Below, one piece after another: positions 1 to 13,915 of a stretch of DNA of 64,000 bases. The notes beneath the pieces are model-generated. The model made no database searches. It was not told where the DNA came from and saw only the letters and a list, made by a program, of their open reading frames with translations. Numbering within the stretch: the first letter of the stretch is position 1; each line of letters begins with the position of its first letter. The position numbers and the translations under genes were made by a program. Source of the stretch: the human T2T-CHM13v2.0 reference genome, Homo sapiens; the NCBI RefSeq assembly GCF_009914755.1, contig NC_060937.1, one strand, 5' to 3'.

Positions 1-63
1 ATCAATCCACAGATGAGTAGTAATCTAAAAGGGCTGGCTTCTGATGTAAGCATGGATGCTGCT

Positions 64-240
64 AAAAGAAGAAAAGAAAAGAAAGAAAAGGAAAGAGAAA
101 AGAAAAGAAAGAAAAGAAGAAAAGAGAAAAAAGAGAAAGGAAAGAAGGAAGGAAGGAAAAAGGAAAGGAAAGGAAAGGAAGAAAGGAAGGAAGAAAGGGA
201 GAAAGGGAGAAAGAAAAGAAAAGAAAGAAAAGAAAGAAGC
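64..240. repeat. GA-rich simple repeat (GAAA/GGAA)n
   Basis: Nearly pure purine run; explains the K/R/E- and F/S/L-rich ORFs here. Confidence 0.95.
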
Positions 241-959
241 AGATCAAGACATGTCTCTTCTACACAGTAGGTCCTGTTTTTACTTTTTATGCTTATATTT
301 GATGTTGATATTTAAGTAGCTTTGACAATTCATCCTTCATAAGTTGACATGACTCAACAGAAATAAAGAAATGATAGATTTTGGGGTACGCATTTTCAAA
401 GAGAACACCACATTTTGAATCTTAATGAAATGTTGGAATGTGAAATAAAGAGGCAACATTCCTAGAAGGTGAAAGAATTGTACAGAGTTGAAAAGTGTGG
501 ATCACACTGGGAACTGCCAGTGGCTCAATTATAGCCAGGCAGTGGAATCTGGTGATGGAGTGGGATGAAATAAGCCTAGGAGGCACAAACAAAATCATGT
601 GGGGAATTCACATTCTAAACTACTGGAACTTACACAGACAGCCCAAGAAAAGATTTGTATTTTTTGATGATCTCTTTGGCAGTGATAGTATGAAGGAATG
701 AAATGGACAGGAGGACAACTGGAGGAAGGGAGAATGATTGGGATGTTACTGCAACAAAGCAGTCTGGAAATGAAGTTGGCCTGAGATAAAGCAGTGGCAC
801 TCAAAGAGACGGAAGACCAGACTTGAGCAACCTTAAGGAGATAGAATAAATCATGCTTGGTGACAAATGTGGTATGTATGTAGTAGTGGTCGTGAGTAAG
901 GCAAAGGAGGAAGTTTCCAACATGGGGGAGCAAGTTGGGTTGGTGTTTGGGAGGTGAGA

Positions 960-1062
960 TAAGAGGACAGAGATGTACCTTGTTGGGGGTGGATGACAAC
1001 ACCCAAGGAGAGAATGCTCTCACCCTGGCCTCACCCCTTAAAGGTCTGTGTGAGAGCCCAAA
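960..1062 (+). repeat. Local direct repeat A, copy 1
   Basis: Aligns with 2372-2497; the 34-nt core at 1007-1040 is identical to 2442-2475. Confidence 0.9.
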
Positions 1063-1933
1063 CTAAGAACGGCCAAGAAAAGTGCAAATATTCCTTTTCT
1101 GAACATTTTAAAGAAAAAGTGGCATATTATCTTTCTCTAATGGCCCTTCACAGATCTACTGAAGGGTCTCTTCTAGCCCTTTTGATTCTATGACAACTGC
1201 CTTTTTCAGAGTTATATGGGATGCTTGGGGAATTAATGGGATATTTGTAAAGCATTTTCATTTCCTTTAAAGTTTTTATTTACAATCCATTTACATACAT
1301 TTAAATGCAGCTGGAAAAGCATATTTAAATTCAATTTCCTTTGAAATTGCCAAGGGACTGCAACAGGGAGAATAAAAAAAGCACTTTAATAGAGGAAAAA
1401 AGTCTACACCCCACAGGCATCACTGTCCCTTTCTTGTCTCAAAATACACACATATACACACATAATCAAGTAAAATGGTGGCAAATCATGCTATTCTTAC
1501 ATTAAATTTGTTAGGATCGACTTTTTATTTTGGGGGTTAAGTTTCTATATTTCTAAACAACTATACGGGTCCTGGTCACATATGTTCATTTTGAGAAAAA
1601 TACATTGAACTGTGCCCTATGACTTGTACATTTTCTGCATGTATATAACTTTTCAGTAAAATAATAATAACCACCACCAAAAATAAAACCCCACATTTTA
1701 ATGATGGTTATGAATTAATCTGATACCAGATGATGACATGATATCCAATTATTGCACAGATTATATTGGTCAATTATCTGAAAACTATGACTCAGGGACA
1801 GGTGACATTATGAGTAGAAATAATATCCACCAAGTTCAGTTAATACATACTATGTGCTGGGTATTCTGTTAGGCATTAGGGAATCAACGATGAAGAAGAT
1901 GGTCTCTGCCCTCCAAGAGGGCACACTCCATTA

Positions 1934-2141
1934 CAAGCTTGTCCAACTTGTGGCCCAGGATGGCTTTGAATGTGGCCCAACACAAATTTGTAAACTTTCT
2001 TAAACCATTATGAGATTTTGTGTGTAATTTTTTTTTTTAGCTCATCAGCTATCATTAGTGTTAGTATATTTTATGTGTGGCCCAAGACAATTCTTCTTCT
2101 TCCAATGTGGCCCAGGGAAGCCAAAAGATTGGAGACTCCTT
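1934..2141 (-). mobile_element. MER30 (hAT-Charlie MITE)
   Basis: caagcttgtccaac...gggaagccaaaagattggagactcct matches the MER30 consensus. 8-bp TSD ctccatta (1926-1933) / ctctatta (2142-2149). Confidence 0.9.
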
Positions 2142-2371
2142 CTCTATTAGGAAAGACAACTATAACCACCACTGACCACGTTTACAGAGAGGTATAACTT
2201 ATTATCACAGCACAGAGCAGCCCTGATTAGCTTTCTTTGGCCAGGAGTGGGGCAAGAGTGGGCCTTGAAGGTGACATCTGAAAGAGTTTTGGAACCAACA
2301 GTGCACCTGGACAAAGCAGAAAAAAATTGCAATCAGGGCGACTGACCAAAGATGTGAAGGCAAAAGCACTT

Positions 2372-2497
2372 TAAGAGGATAGAGATGCACCATGTTGGGG
2401 ATGCCTGAGGGAAGAGCCATCGAGTAGATGAGAACACTCAGGGAGAGAATGCTCTCACCCTGGCCTCACCCCTTATAGGTCTGCATGACAGTACAAA
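2372..2497 (+). repeat. Local direct repeat A, copy 2
   Basis: Same sequence as 960-1062 with about 20 extra internal bases. Confidence 0.9.
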
Positions 2498-3728
2498 TAG
2501 CTAGAGTTTATGGATAACCTTAAGACTTGGAACCTTTTTTGTTCCAAGAAGGTTTCTTGCTATAGTTGCTTTCATGAGAACAACTTTAGCCTGCTAGAAA
2601 GGAAGAATTTAAAAACTTGGTTATTTGTTTGCTTTGCTTTTTCCTCTAGCTTTAACACACAGCCTGAGGTTTGTCAGCATGTTTAACAAGAGCCAAGCAA
2701 GAAAGTGAAAGAGAAGGCAAAAGAGAAGGGAGATGGACTAAAAAACAACACAGCAGGGGCCAGTACTATTTCAAGTGTGAATACTGAATTGTTTAACCTA
2801 GAGGTTAATTATCTTTTAAAAACAGAATACCAAAGTTTTAGCAATTTCTTCTGGTATATCTGGAGAATGATATTTCCAATAGGGGATCAGCAAAATATCT
2901 TGGAAGAGGTATTTCAGACAAGTGTACCTAGGGTGTTGAGTTTTCTCATGATTTTAGTGGGTAGAGAAAGGAAATTGACTCACAAAAAAAAATGACTAGT
3001 GTTTGTAATAGAGATATTCCTTGCACAACTGAGAATTACGTGCAAGCCAATGGTTGCCAGTTCTCAAGAATATGTAACATATGAGGTAAGGCTGCACATA
3101 CAAACACAGATTAAGTTAAACAGTCATTCATAATGCTCTGGTTAATCAGAAGCCCAGACTTCACTGAAACAATGTATTATACTAGCTAGGGAAGGCAGAC
3201 TGGAGAGGAGCAGCCTACCCAGCACTGTTCTCAGCTCCAGTGAACTGTCACTAGCAAACTGATTTAAAAAAGAAATGAATGCATACAATCAATGCATACT
3301 TTAGGGATATGTAAAAATTATTTTTTAAACAAAGAAATATTCTAATAGTTTCACCCAACTACTCTGCTCTGCTTGTTTGGCAGTTTTCACTAATATTGAA
3401 AATATGTTTCAAGCTGAGTAAATATTCTGGAATGATATGAATTGAAAGTGAATATTTCTAATCACTAGTTCATACACTAATTTTCTTTTTGCACTCTCAG
3501 GGTGTTCTTTTTAAACAATGTTTACATCTTAAAAACAGCAATTCTGTCCATGTTGTATATTACATTTATTTCATGTTTATTTTTGGTCAGTAATAATATT
3601 ACCTATTTAGCATGATTTTATTGTATATATCTTTTATATTCAGGCAGCTTTAAAAATATTTTATTTTTTAGTGAAAAACAAAACATCAAACAAGTACCAA
3701 CAAGAAAAATATAAGCCAGCTGGGTTTT

Positions 3729-4030
3729 TGTTTGTTTGTTTATTTTGAGACAGAGTCTTGCTCTGTGGCCCAGGCTAGAATGTAGTGATAACAATCTTAG
3801 CTCACTGCAACCTCTGCCTCCCAGGTTCAAGCGATTCTTGTGTCTCAGCCTCCCGAGTAGCTGAGATTACAGCTGTGCGCCACCATACCCAGCTAATTTT
3901 TTTTTTTTTTAGTAGATTGGGTTTCACCATGTTGGCCAGGTTGGTCTTGAAACTCCTGACCTCAAGTGATCTGCCAGCCTTGGCCTCCGAAAGTGCTGAC
4001 ATTACAGGTGTGAGCCACTGCAACCAGCAC
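3729..4030 (-). mobile_element. Alu (old S-type), full length
   Basis: Dimeric Alu; TSD cagctgggtttt at 3717-3728 and 4031-4042. Confidence 0.95.
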
Positions 4031-4169
4031 CAGCTGGGTTTTGAATAGTCACCCTCAAGACTTTAACCCTGTTTTCACATTGGAACTTGATATTAAAAGG
4101 TGAGAGTTATTCCAGATCATTATCTCCAAAATTCTCCTTTTCTGATCAGAGACATTTCAGCTACACAAT

Positions 4170-4318
4170 AAGTTTTGGAGGAATTTGTTTAAAAACAGTT
4201 CCTAGGCACCTACACCCAGAAATTCTGATTCAGTAAGTCTGGAATGAAGTTCATAAAAGTATTTTTTACAGAAGCTGCCCACTTGCTTATGACACATAGC
4301 AAGGTTTGGAACCACTGA
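4170..4318. mobile_element. MER5-like hAT fragment
   Basis: cagaaattctgattcagtaagtctgg...aaggtttggaaccactg resembles MER5A. Confidence 0.6.
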
Positions 4319-5987
4319 CAGCGTATTTCTCATTATGTATAATTTATAATTTAAATAGTGATAGTTTCTGGCTTGACTCATCATTTTCCTACAATGACTG
4401 ACAAAGAGAAAAATGAATTTATGTTTTAAAAAGTAAAAACTTGAACTACCATCACCCACAAGTTATAAAATCATAATGAGATGCAAAAAATTATGAATAT
4501 ATAATTACTTGGAAACATTCATTTTTGACTCGTTTTCTTAGGAGCAAATTGCTTAATGCTGCATACAATAAAAATAATTCAGATAACATCACTAAGCTGC
4601 AAAGAAGTCATATTTGGCTGAAAATGACTGAGAAAATAACCACAATAGCAAACCAAACTATAAACAAATATACTAAAAAATAACTGATTGCCAAGTACCA
4701 ATATGAAAAAAAAATTCAGTATTATTCGGGATGATCACTGAAACATGTGCACTTAGGGAAGGATTTTCCAGACAATGTCCTGGTAAGACTTGACTCTGGC
4801 ATAAATCAAGAGGGAATGAATCTTTCAATAAATATTTATGTGACTTACAGATTTTGCATCTAGGTATTTTAAATCAGCCTGTTTACACCCGTATGTTGCT
4901 AGAATGGCTCATCAGCCTTCCTGGGAGAAAGGTGAATGGATCATCATGAGATGTAACTCCTTCAAGGTTCCTTTATTTAAAAGGAGGGACAAGGCATGAG
5001 TGGTTTAAGTAAGGGTTAAAAAATGAATTTTAAAATTCAGGTCACTCATTGCCCCATTCTCCCACTGGAGTGTATTTTCAAGCCATCAGGTCCTGCCTTG
5101 GCCACTGGGACCTGAGAAATATCAAGCTGGAAGGAGAGGGCCATATAACCTCATGAGCACCCAGACAAGATTTCCTCTTGGGCTTCAGTTACATCCTACT
5201 ATAGAGGCACTCTCTCCTCAAGGGGGCAATGTGTCAAATTTGAATGACATCTATGACTGCATTCTTCTCACTTCAGGAAGTGACTGTCCTGCTGTCCACA
5301 CAAGAATGACAGGAGAGCCATTTTGGTTCCTAGATTTCTTTTCCGCATAGTCAACTCTTCCTTCCTAGGTAATAGTTCTTATAAATGCCACTACAATCAA
5401 GTGGACTGATTCTAAATGCCTGCAGGCTCTATGCCTTCCACTATAAATTATTTGAGAATGCTATGTCTTGGCCCAAATGAGGTTAGCTAGCCAGAGCATG
5501 CTGCACCACTAAAAGCAAAGGTCTACAAATCATGCAATAAGATAAGTGGTTGCAGGTTTTTACACTGGAAGACTATGGAACAGAGACAGCAGTGGCTCTG
5601 ATTCTGCCCCTGGAACAACGTTGGTAGAGTTCCGGGTACCAAAAGAGCTGCTTTCCTGCTAAGTTTGAATATTATGTACTTGTAGAAAGCTTCTTGATAT
5701 TAGAGCACTCCTCAACCTACATTCCAGTTTTAGGCCCTTCAGATCTTTGGTCATTAGGGAAAAGAACTTTGGCAGAGTGACGGCGGAATATCTACTCTAG
5801 TTCTCTAGAGGGCTGCTGTGGCTTGATCATTACGGAAATCTATCCTACCAGTTCTCATGCAATACATTGCAAGGTTTTGTGAAAACACAAATACTCTCTG
5901 CCAAGAAAAAAATGGATGTGCAGCCTCATTGTAAAGACATTTTAGACTTCACCTGTGCTCAGAACCCTATGGGAGACCCAACCATGT

Positions 5988-6304
5988 TTCTGGTTGTTAA
6001 TAGTCTGAAACAAAATATCATTATTGATCCATTTGTTTAAAATTCCAGTAAAATAATTAGTCATTAAATTAGAATCCTCCTAACTTGATTTTTCTATTTG
6101 TAAACACCTTAAGAGGCAGCCTTTACTTTCATTGCTACAAGTGTTATTTACAAATCCATTTTTCTTCAATCAGCTGCTGTGATATAAATGTATGCAACCT
6201 GTAAAAACTTAAATTGCTTCCTTACACCTGGATATTCAACCAACCTCTAGATGTCTGTAATTGTATGAAGGAAGGTGTAACCATATCTAAGCATTTTATA
6301 TTAG
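5988..6304 (+). repeat. 317-bp local duplication B, copy 1
   Basis: About 93% identical to 8865-9181 by hand alignment. Confidence 0.95.
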
Positions 6305-6437
6305 AGGGGGCCAGAAGCCACGGTTGGTGGTAATCTGACAGCATCTCAATCTCTGTTGACTGAGGAATTAAGAGTATTTCTGACATTTTAGAGCTCTTTC
6401 ATCATGCTGAGCACACAGTGTTTCAAAAGTAAAGCCA

Positions 6438-7105
<668 letters not shown>

Positions 7106-8680
7106 TTATGAAAGAATATCTCACATATATAATTCACAATTTTATATGCAAGATACCTTGCATATAAAATTCACAAATAAGAAGTATATAATATTTTAAA
7201 AATAGTATTATACAGTTCATAGGTATTTCTTAAAAGAAAAAACAACAGGTCTTAGAAAATTTCAAAAAATAAATTTCAAGTTTTTTCTCCTTAGAATTTA
7301 TGGAATGGTATCTGTTTTAATGAATGAAACTAATTTGTTTAGTGTTTGAGGCACACAAGTGATGTATTAGGATCACCATCATCAGAAACTAATTTATTTC
7401 AGGGCCCTTCATGATACTCTGTTAGCTATCTCCCTGGAAAGAGCAGGACAAGTGATACAAACATTAAATATACATGGAGTTCTTTCAAGGAAAACAAAAT
7501 CACATTGAGTTGAAACCTTCCTTCCCTCTTGGTCAATAAAAAGAGGAATCTGTGGTAATGACTGGGTCATTGTTATTACTGATTTTGACTCTCTCAATAC
7601 AAAAAAACATAAAGCAATAGTGAGAAATAGCTTGATATAACAAGCCTACAATATTAGTTCTCCTGAATTTTAAGAACATTTCAGCCAGGATGCACTATCA
7701 GTCTACTCAATTAGAAGGCACATACGTTAAATTTATACCTAAAAAACTACCTTGAAATTTATTGCTATGTTTACACAATAGCTGGTTTTAAAAACCTCAT
7801 GAACTTGACCATTTTTATGGGCCAATACACTTTCAAAGGGAGGATATAATAGTATAAATAGTACCTCACATGTTTCTTCTTACCATGATAATAAGTTTTT
7901 TCATCTCTAAATACCTACAGCAATTAGGTTTTACAAGAATTACTACTTTCCAGGTTTAAGAACATTTTATCAAATTAAACTAGCATGAAAGATCATGCAA
8001 TTGGTAGGTATCACTTTGCCTTTTATTTTTCAAAAGGGTCTGCTCTCGTTTATGTTGAGTTTATTTTCAGCTTCAAGTCACTTTTGGCAGTTAAATCATA
8101 AGTCTTTAAAAATAAGAGATTATAAGGAGAGGAGGGAGTTACCAGTACAAACTGAATCTAATACCTGTGTGAATTACAATTGGTTGGTTCCAACCAAATG
8201 AATATTTTTACCGTAGGCCACGGTAATGCAGTTTTAGATGGAAATAAAAGGAATAACCGTTGATCTGTCTCCTATAGCCTCTGGGCATTCCAATATTGAG
8301 TTCAGGCCTGGATAAACAGTTGCTACGATATGCCTAGCACCTACCTCTGAGGGACTGGTGTCAAATTAATCTCCATGTCATCAGTACCTTCTCAACAGGT
8401 TTTAAACAGTCTTCTCTTTCCCTCTCCCAGATCAACAGTTGTCAGGGTCTGAGTCAAGCTGTGCTTCTGCCCACATAGTGGCACTGTCAGCACTGTCGGC
8501 TGCTCAAATGATTTTTTAAGCAGAGCAGCCGGTTGCCTTCAGCAGCAATGCTTTTGGGGGCACTGCGTGCTGTTCACCCAGAGTCTCTGGCTGCTCTACA
8601 ACTGTGCTAGTTAAGGGATCGACAGAAGGAACAACAAATGGCTACAATTAGCATTCGCCCTGCTCCTGCAAAAGAATTTC

Positions 8681-8712
8681 ATTGCTATGGCAACGGGAGT
8701 TGCCCAGACAAC
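8681..8712. promoter_or_regulatory. Tandem RFX X-box-like motifs (candidate enhancer)
   Basis: ATTGCTATGGCAAC (8681-8694) and GTTGCCCAGACAAC (8699-8712) compared with the consensus GTTGCCATGGCAAC. Motif match only. Confidence 0.5.
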
Positions 8713-8864
8713 ATAGGGCTTTGGCTGAGAAGAGTGTACTGCGTTATACCAAGTATGGAACAAAATAGCCATAGATCAGGCTCTCGCTTCATGGCACAAA
8801 GATCTCTGCCATCATCTTTAAGTTTAATTAACAAGAACTGATTTCTTAATTCTGGGAGCCAAGG

Positions 8865-9181
8865 TTCTGGCTGTTAATAGCCTGAAACAAATATCATTAT
8901 GGATCCATTCCTTTAAAATTCCAGCAAAACAATTAATCATTAAATTAGAATCCTCCTAACTTGATTTTTCTATTTGTAAACACCTTAAGAGGCAGCCTTT
9001 ACTTTCATTGCTACGAGTGTTATTTACAAATCCATTTTTTCTTCAATCAACTGCTATGACATAAATGTATACAACCTGTAAAAAGTTAAGTTGCTTCATT
9101 ACACCTGGATATTCAATCAACCTCTGGATGTCTGTAATTGTATGAAAGAAGGTGTAACCATATCTAAGCATTTTATATTAG
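8865..9181 (+). repeat. 317-bp local duplication B, copy 2
   Basis: Direct repeat of 5988-6304. Confidence 0.95.
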
Positions 9182-9639
9182 GAGCTACAATCTTGCAGGT
9201 CTTCTAAATAATTTTACATCAAACAGGAGAATATCTATTATACTGTTTTTGAAGTAAACTTTTAAAGCAGGAAACTGAAAACATCTTGAAATTGGTGTGG
9301 TAACAGTACTACAAGTAAAATGGAAAAATTAATCAAATGACATAAAAATGGGTTACCTCAGCCACCATTCAATACCTCTGCAGTCAAGCTTCATAAATTG
9401 GTCCAGTGCCACTCATAGTCATGTAAAACATTCTATGGATCTGATCCAGTAACACTTCTTAATGAGCCAAGAAGCAGGATATATTCACAGGCAACACAGG
9501 ACAATGGGGCTAGCAGGTATAACCTGGCAGATGACAGTGGTCTAAAATTTTCAAAACTTGAAACATTTCCAGAGTACAGTCTCTTTCCCAGCCAATATCC
9601 TTGTTAGTATAGAACTAAATATTATCATCAGTAATAACA

Positions 9640-9800
9640 GTTAACATTTTATTGAGTGCATAGTGCTTTGCATGGCTTGTTTAATTTAGTTTTCACAAAT
9701 ACTCTATAAGGTAGGTATAATTTAAATAAGGAAACCGAGGTGCAAAGAGATTCAGTAACTGCCAGCATATAAACAGCAAAGCTGGGATTCAAAACTAAGT
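9640..9800 (-). mobile_element. MIR
   Basis: taacattttattgagtg...ataaggaaaccgaggtgcaaagagattcagtaact...gctgggattcaaa, the MIR core. Confidence 0.75.
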
Positions 9801-9873
9801 AGACCCCTATAGGGTTTTCTTTACTTCAGCTACATTATTAGTATTGTACCACAATAAGCAATAATGTAGTCAA

Positions 9874-10215
<342 letters not shown>

Positions 10216-11739
10216 TAAGTACAAATTCTATAATGGGAAAGGTCTAAACAAAAAACTCTTAGCATGTAAGAATAATATTTAATTTAATCATTCAAATTTC
10301 TTAAATAATTATCTGGGGATGTGGGTAAGTGGGGAATGAAGAGAGAATGAAACACATTAGCTAGTTCTGGTTTTGGTATAAAATGTCTGAATATATACAT
10401 GTAAAGTGTCTGAACAGAAATTATCTCTCTTAAGAACACATGTAGACATCCATTTTCATTTTATAAAAGATTATTTTTAAAAGTAAACTCTTTATTAGTG
10501 GTAAGTAGCTACTAATGAAAATTACAAATATTTTACTCTCTGGCAGAAATGATTCTGCTTTCCAGCTTTTTAAATACTATCTGGATAGCTCAGATCATAC
10601 TGTATTTTTAGCTCTGAGGCTAATACCAAACAAATTGGGTTAAAGAACAAAAGCAGAAATAATTTCAGGGTTAAAAATGATTTTTATAAATAGATAAACT
10701 TGATGAAGCCTAACTTTTGTCAAATCTATTAGTAAAGGGCAAATATTAGAAAACTTTTCAAGAAATTCGATATCTGAGGCTTCTACTCTGATGAATCACA
10801 GATATTTATGTAATTCTAATTTATGAGATCAAGAGTGTTTATAAATCACTAAACTTCAGACAAAATGTAGCTGGAAGATTTTCATGACTCCAAATAATAT
10901 AGTAATACAAATCTGAAAAATATGTTTTTGTTATACTGAGTTTTTTGGGACTCAAAAGTGTACTGCATGGGGGAAAACTGCTTTGAACATGTTTGAGCAG
11001 TAGCAGTATTGAGATTTTTGAGATAGAAAAGCAGATATCCTCTCGTGACACTGCCTAATGGCTGGTATTTTCTGAGTAATATCTATATTTTAATTTTTGA
11101 TCATAATTATACTTGTCACTTACAGTGAAATAAACACATTGAAACAGGTATATACAAAGAAACTCCAGAATAGTTGTGCCTTCCATCCAATTTGTTATAA
11201 ATATATTTCTTATGCTTATGGATGTTTTAGGATAATAGAAGCAGAATTGTAAAAGTGCCAGCAATATATTAAGATCAAACAAAATATGGTACCTGAAAGC
11301 ACTCTGAAAACTGTAAAGTGCTATAAAAATGTGTGTTTCACAAAAACAGCGTTAGCTTTTATGGGCTCAAAGAGATCACCCTTGACATTTACTTATTTTA
11401 AGTAAATCAAAGAACAAAAGAAGATAAAGTATATAAATTCCATACCCTTCTAACCCACCCCTTCTAAAACCCTCATCTAGGCCATCTCCAGCCTCCTCCT
11501 ACTGGGACACCTTCACTTTTTAGCTATTCAACCAATTTAAATACATGCTAAACTGAAGAGAAATCCCTCAGCTGATTGTTCCCATCTAATCTGTCACAAA
11601 ACAGCCAGGGAGTAAACACAACTCCTGTATCCAACTTATCTTTCTGCTCTCTACTTCTGATATTTTTGAGGGCATCTTCTGTTCCAGAAAAAGTAATCTC
11701 CTGATTCCATTCAAAGAAAGGCAATTTACTGAAGTGACT

Positions 11740-11912
11740 TAGAAAATGGAATTTGCTGTCACAGATCTGGGTTTAATTCTTGCCTCTGTCATTTATCAGC
11801 TTTACGATTTTGGGCAAGTTACTTAACTTTTCTAAGCCTCAGTTTGAGACAATGCAAATAATACACTCAACAGCGTCTGACACGTAGTAAGTGGTCAAAT
11901 ACTAGCTACTTT
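11740..11912 (+). mobile_element. MIR
   Basis: ttgggcaagttacttaacttttctaagcctcagttt core. Confidence 0.8.
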
Positions 11913-12319
11913 ATTCTTTTTGGCATCTTATCTTTCTAAAATAGACTCCCACTCCTCTCACCTCTTATGTCTGGGGCAATCTATTCCCTCCGCTCTACCA
12001 TTTAGCAGTAACCAACTTGTAGACAGAAGTTCTGAGTTTGTATCCTGACTCTGCCACTTAATAGCTATAATGATCTGCAAAAGCACCCTTTCCAATTACA
12101 AATATAGCAAATTGAGAATGAAAATCGAAACTGTTTACTTACAGAAAAATAAGCTCTAGTTTGTAAAAATGGAAGGTTCCACATTAGCTTAATTAGTCAC
12201 TGAAGAAGGTAGATCTGAGACTAATCATCCTTTTGTCACTTGGATTATTATCAGTCTTGTCAAACCAAACCTAAAATACTTCCTACTATCAATTTCTCAT
12301 TTGACTCTTAATTTACTTG

Positions 12320-12490
12320 AACTCTTGCTATGTGCTAGGTTGTACTGATAAGTTTTCATGCATTACTGGATTTTAAGCCTCACAAAGAACCAAGGCTGGA
12401 ATGATTATGGTCCCATTTTACTGACCAAAAAACCTGAGGCACAAGAAGGAAGTGACTTGCTAAAGGTTACACAGCTAGTAAAGTGGCAAC
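12320..12490 (-). mobile_element. MIR
   Basis: cccattttactga...ctgaggcacaagaaggaagtgacttgctaaaggttacacagctagtaaagtggc. Confidence 0.8.
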
Positions 12491-12859
12491 CTACATCATT
12501 AACTTCTTTTCTATACAGGTATAGTAAAGATCATTACAGACCTATGAACTATACGTTCAATGTTTAGTTTTTCTGTTTAAATGCTTATATGTTCTGTATT
12601 GCTCATACAGCTTATGTTATATACATATTCTCCTTAGAGTTCAAACTACATGGTGTCAGATTCAGTACTTATTTTCAATTATTTAGAAGTCACAGAACTT
12701 GTTTCAATACCACACAACTTCTAAGCACTAAATAAATGTTCATTGATAATGAAGAAAATGTGCACAGCCAGGGCAAGGTCAAGGTAGAATCACCCACATG
12801 GTGGAAATAATTTGCAATAAAATTATAAAATATTAAAACTTAATGAGCACAGTCTCAAT

Positions 12860-13110
12860 TAGGAAATTGAAAATCTGCTCATTAAACTTGCAGATGATAC
12901 TTAGTTGGGCAGGGGTTAAATGCTTTAGAAGAAATAGAATTTAAAATGACCTTGATAGATTAGAGAAACGGTTCATCAAAAACAGGATGAAGTTCAATTA
13001 AGAGAAGAACAAAATGGTATACTCAAGAACCAAAAACATACCACACTGATTAAAAAAAGAGAATGAGTGGCTAGGCACATGGATGGAAAAAAAGCCACAG
13101 ATGAAACAAT
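12860..13110 (+). mobile_element. L3/CR1 LINE reverse-transcriptase relic
   Basis: Degenerate coding for K(F)ADDT(K)LG...NDLDRLEK(W)..KNRMKFN, the CR1 RT C-terminal motif. Confidence 0.8.
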
Positions 13111-13155
13111 CTGTTACTTGTTGGCAAAAGGGGCTATTTTTTATCTTTACCTATC

Positions 13156-13330
13156 AGTGGCTTACAATTTTGTTTTGCACACTGAAATCACAAAGAGAGT
13201 TTCAAAAAAATACAGTGCCCAGACCCCATCTTAGACCAATTAAATCAGAATGTGTGGAGCTAAGGCTCCATATTGGAGCCATTAGAAAAACTCTCTAGGT
13301 ATTTCTAATGTGGCCAAGGTTCAGAATACA
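13156..13330. mobile_element. MER5A-like hAT element
   Basis: cagtggcttaca...agaccaattaaatcagaat...ttctaatgtggccaaggttcagaa. Confidence 0.7.
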
Positions 13331-13527
13331 TATGAATATAGAGGATAATATACAGGATATGACATAGAATTAATCATATCCTGTACAGCCATATAATGAG
13401 CCTTATAAAAATAATAGCTATTATTATGATCAGACACTGAAATATATGGCTCACAAAGACTAATAAAAAATATGATATTAATCAATGATGATTCCAAATA
13501 CTCAAAACAGATAAAGGTGATCCAGAT

Positions 13528-13700
13528 CTTGTGGTTCTCAAAGTGTGGTTCTTGTATGAGTAGCACTTGGGAATTGAGAAATGCAAATTCTCATGCCTAC
13601 CATAAACCTACTGAATTAGTAACTCTGGGTTGAGCCCAGAAACCTGTATTTTGACAAGACCACAGGTAATTCTGGTGCATGCTGAAATTTGAGAACCAAG
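13528..13700. mobile_element. MER5A
   Basis: gtggttctcaaagtgtggt...gaaatgcaaattctc...tttgagaacca, with terminal inverted repeats. Confidence 0.8.
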
Positions 13701-13915
13701 GCTATAAGCTAAGAAGCCAACTTTCTTTTCTTATAGCATCTGTTTTCTCTTATAATTACATAATTATTATGTGTCTCCTTTTGTAAGCCATTTCAAATTC
13801 TTCCTAGAAATAAGTAGGGTATATAAACATAAACTTTAAAAAAGTTATAATCTACTAATACCTTCACTATTGAAATACCTTTTCTTAAATAGATACATGT
13901 GGTAAATTTAGTAAA

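Noticed and set aside
13-319. K/R/E-rich ORFs resembling nucleic-acid-binding proteins
   Set aside because: They are translations of the GA simple repeat.
595-1023. Longest ORF in the track (142 aa)
   Set aside because: No recognisable domain or splice support; it overlaps purine-rich L2-like decayed sequence and a local repeat.
5210-5820. CTCF-like words at about 5216 (CCTCAAGGGGGCAA) and 5802 (TCTCTAGAGGGCTG)
   Set aside because: Two core mismatches each; expected by chance in 64 kb.
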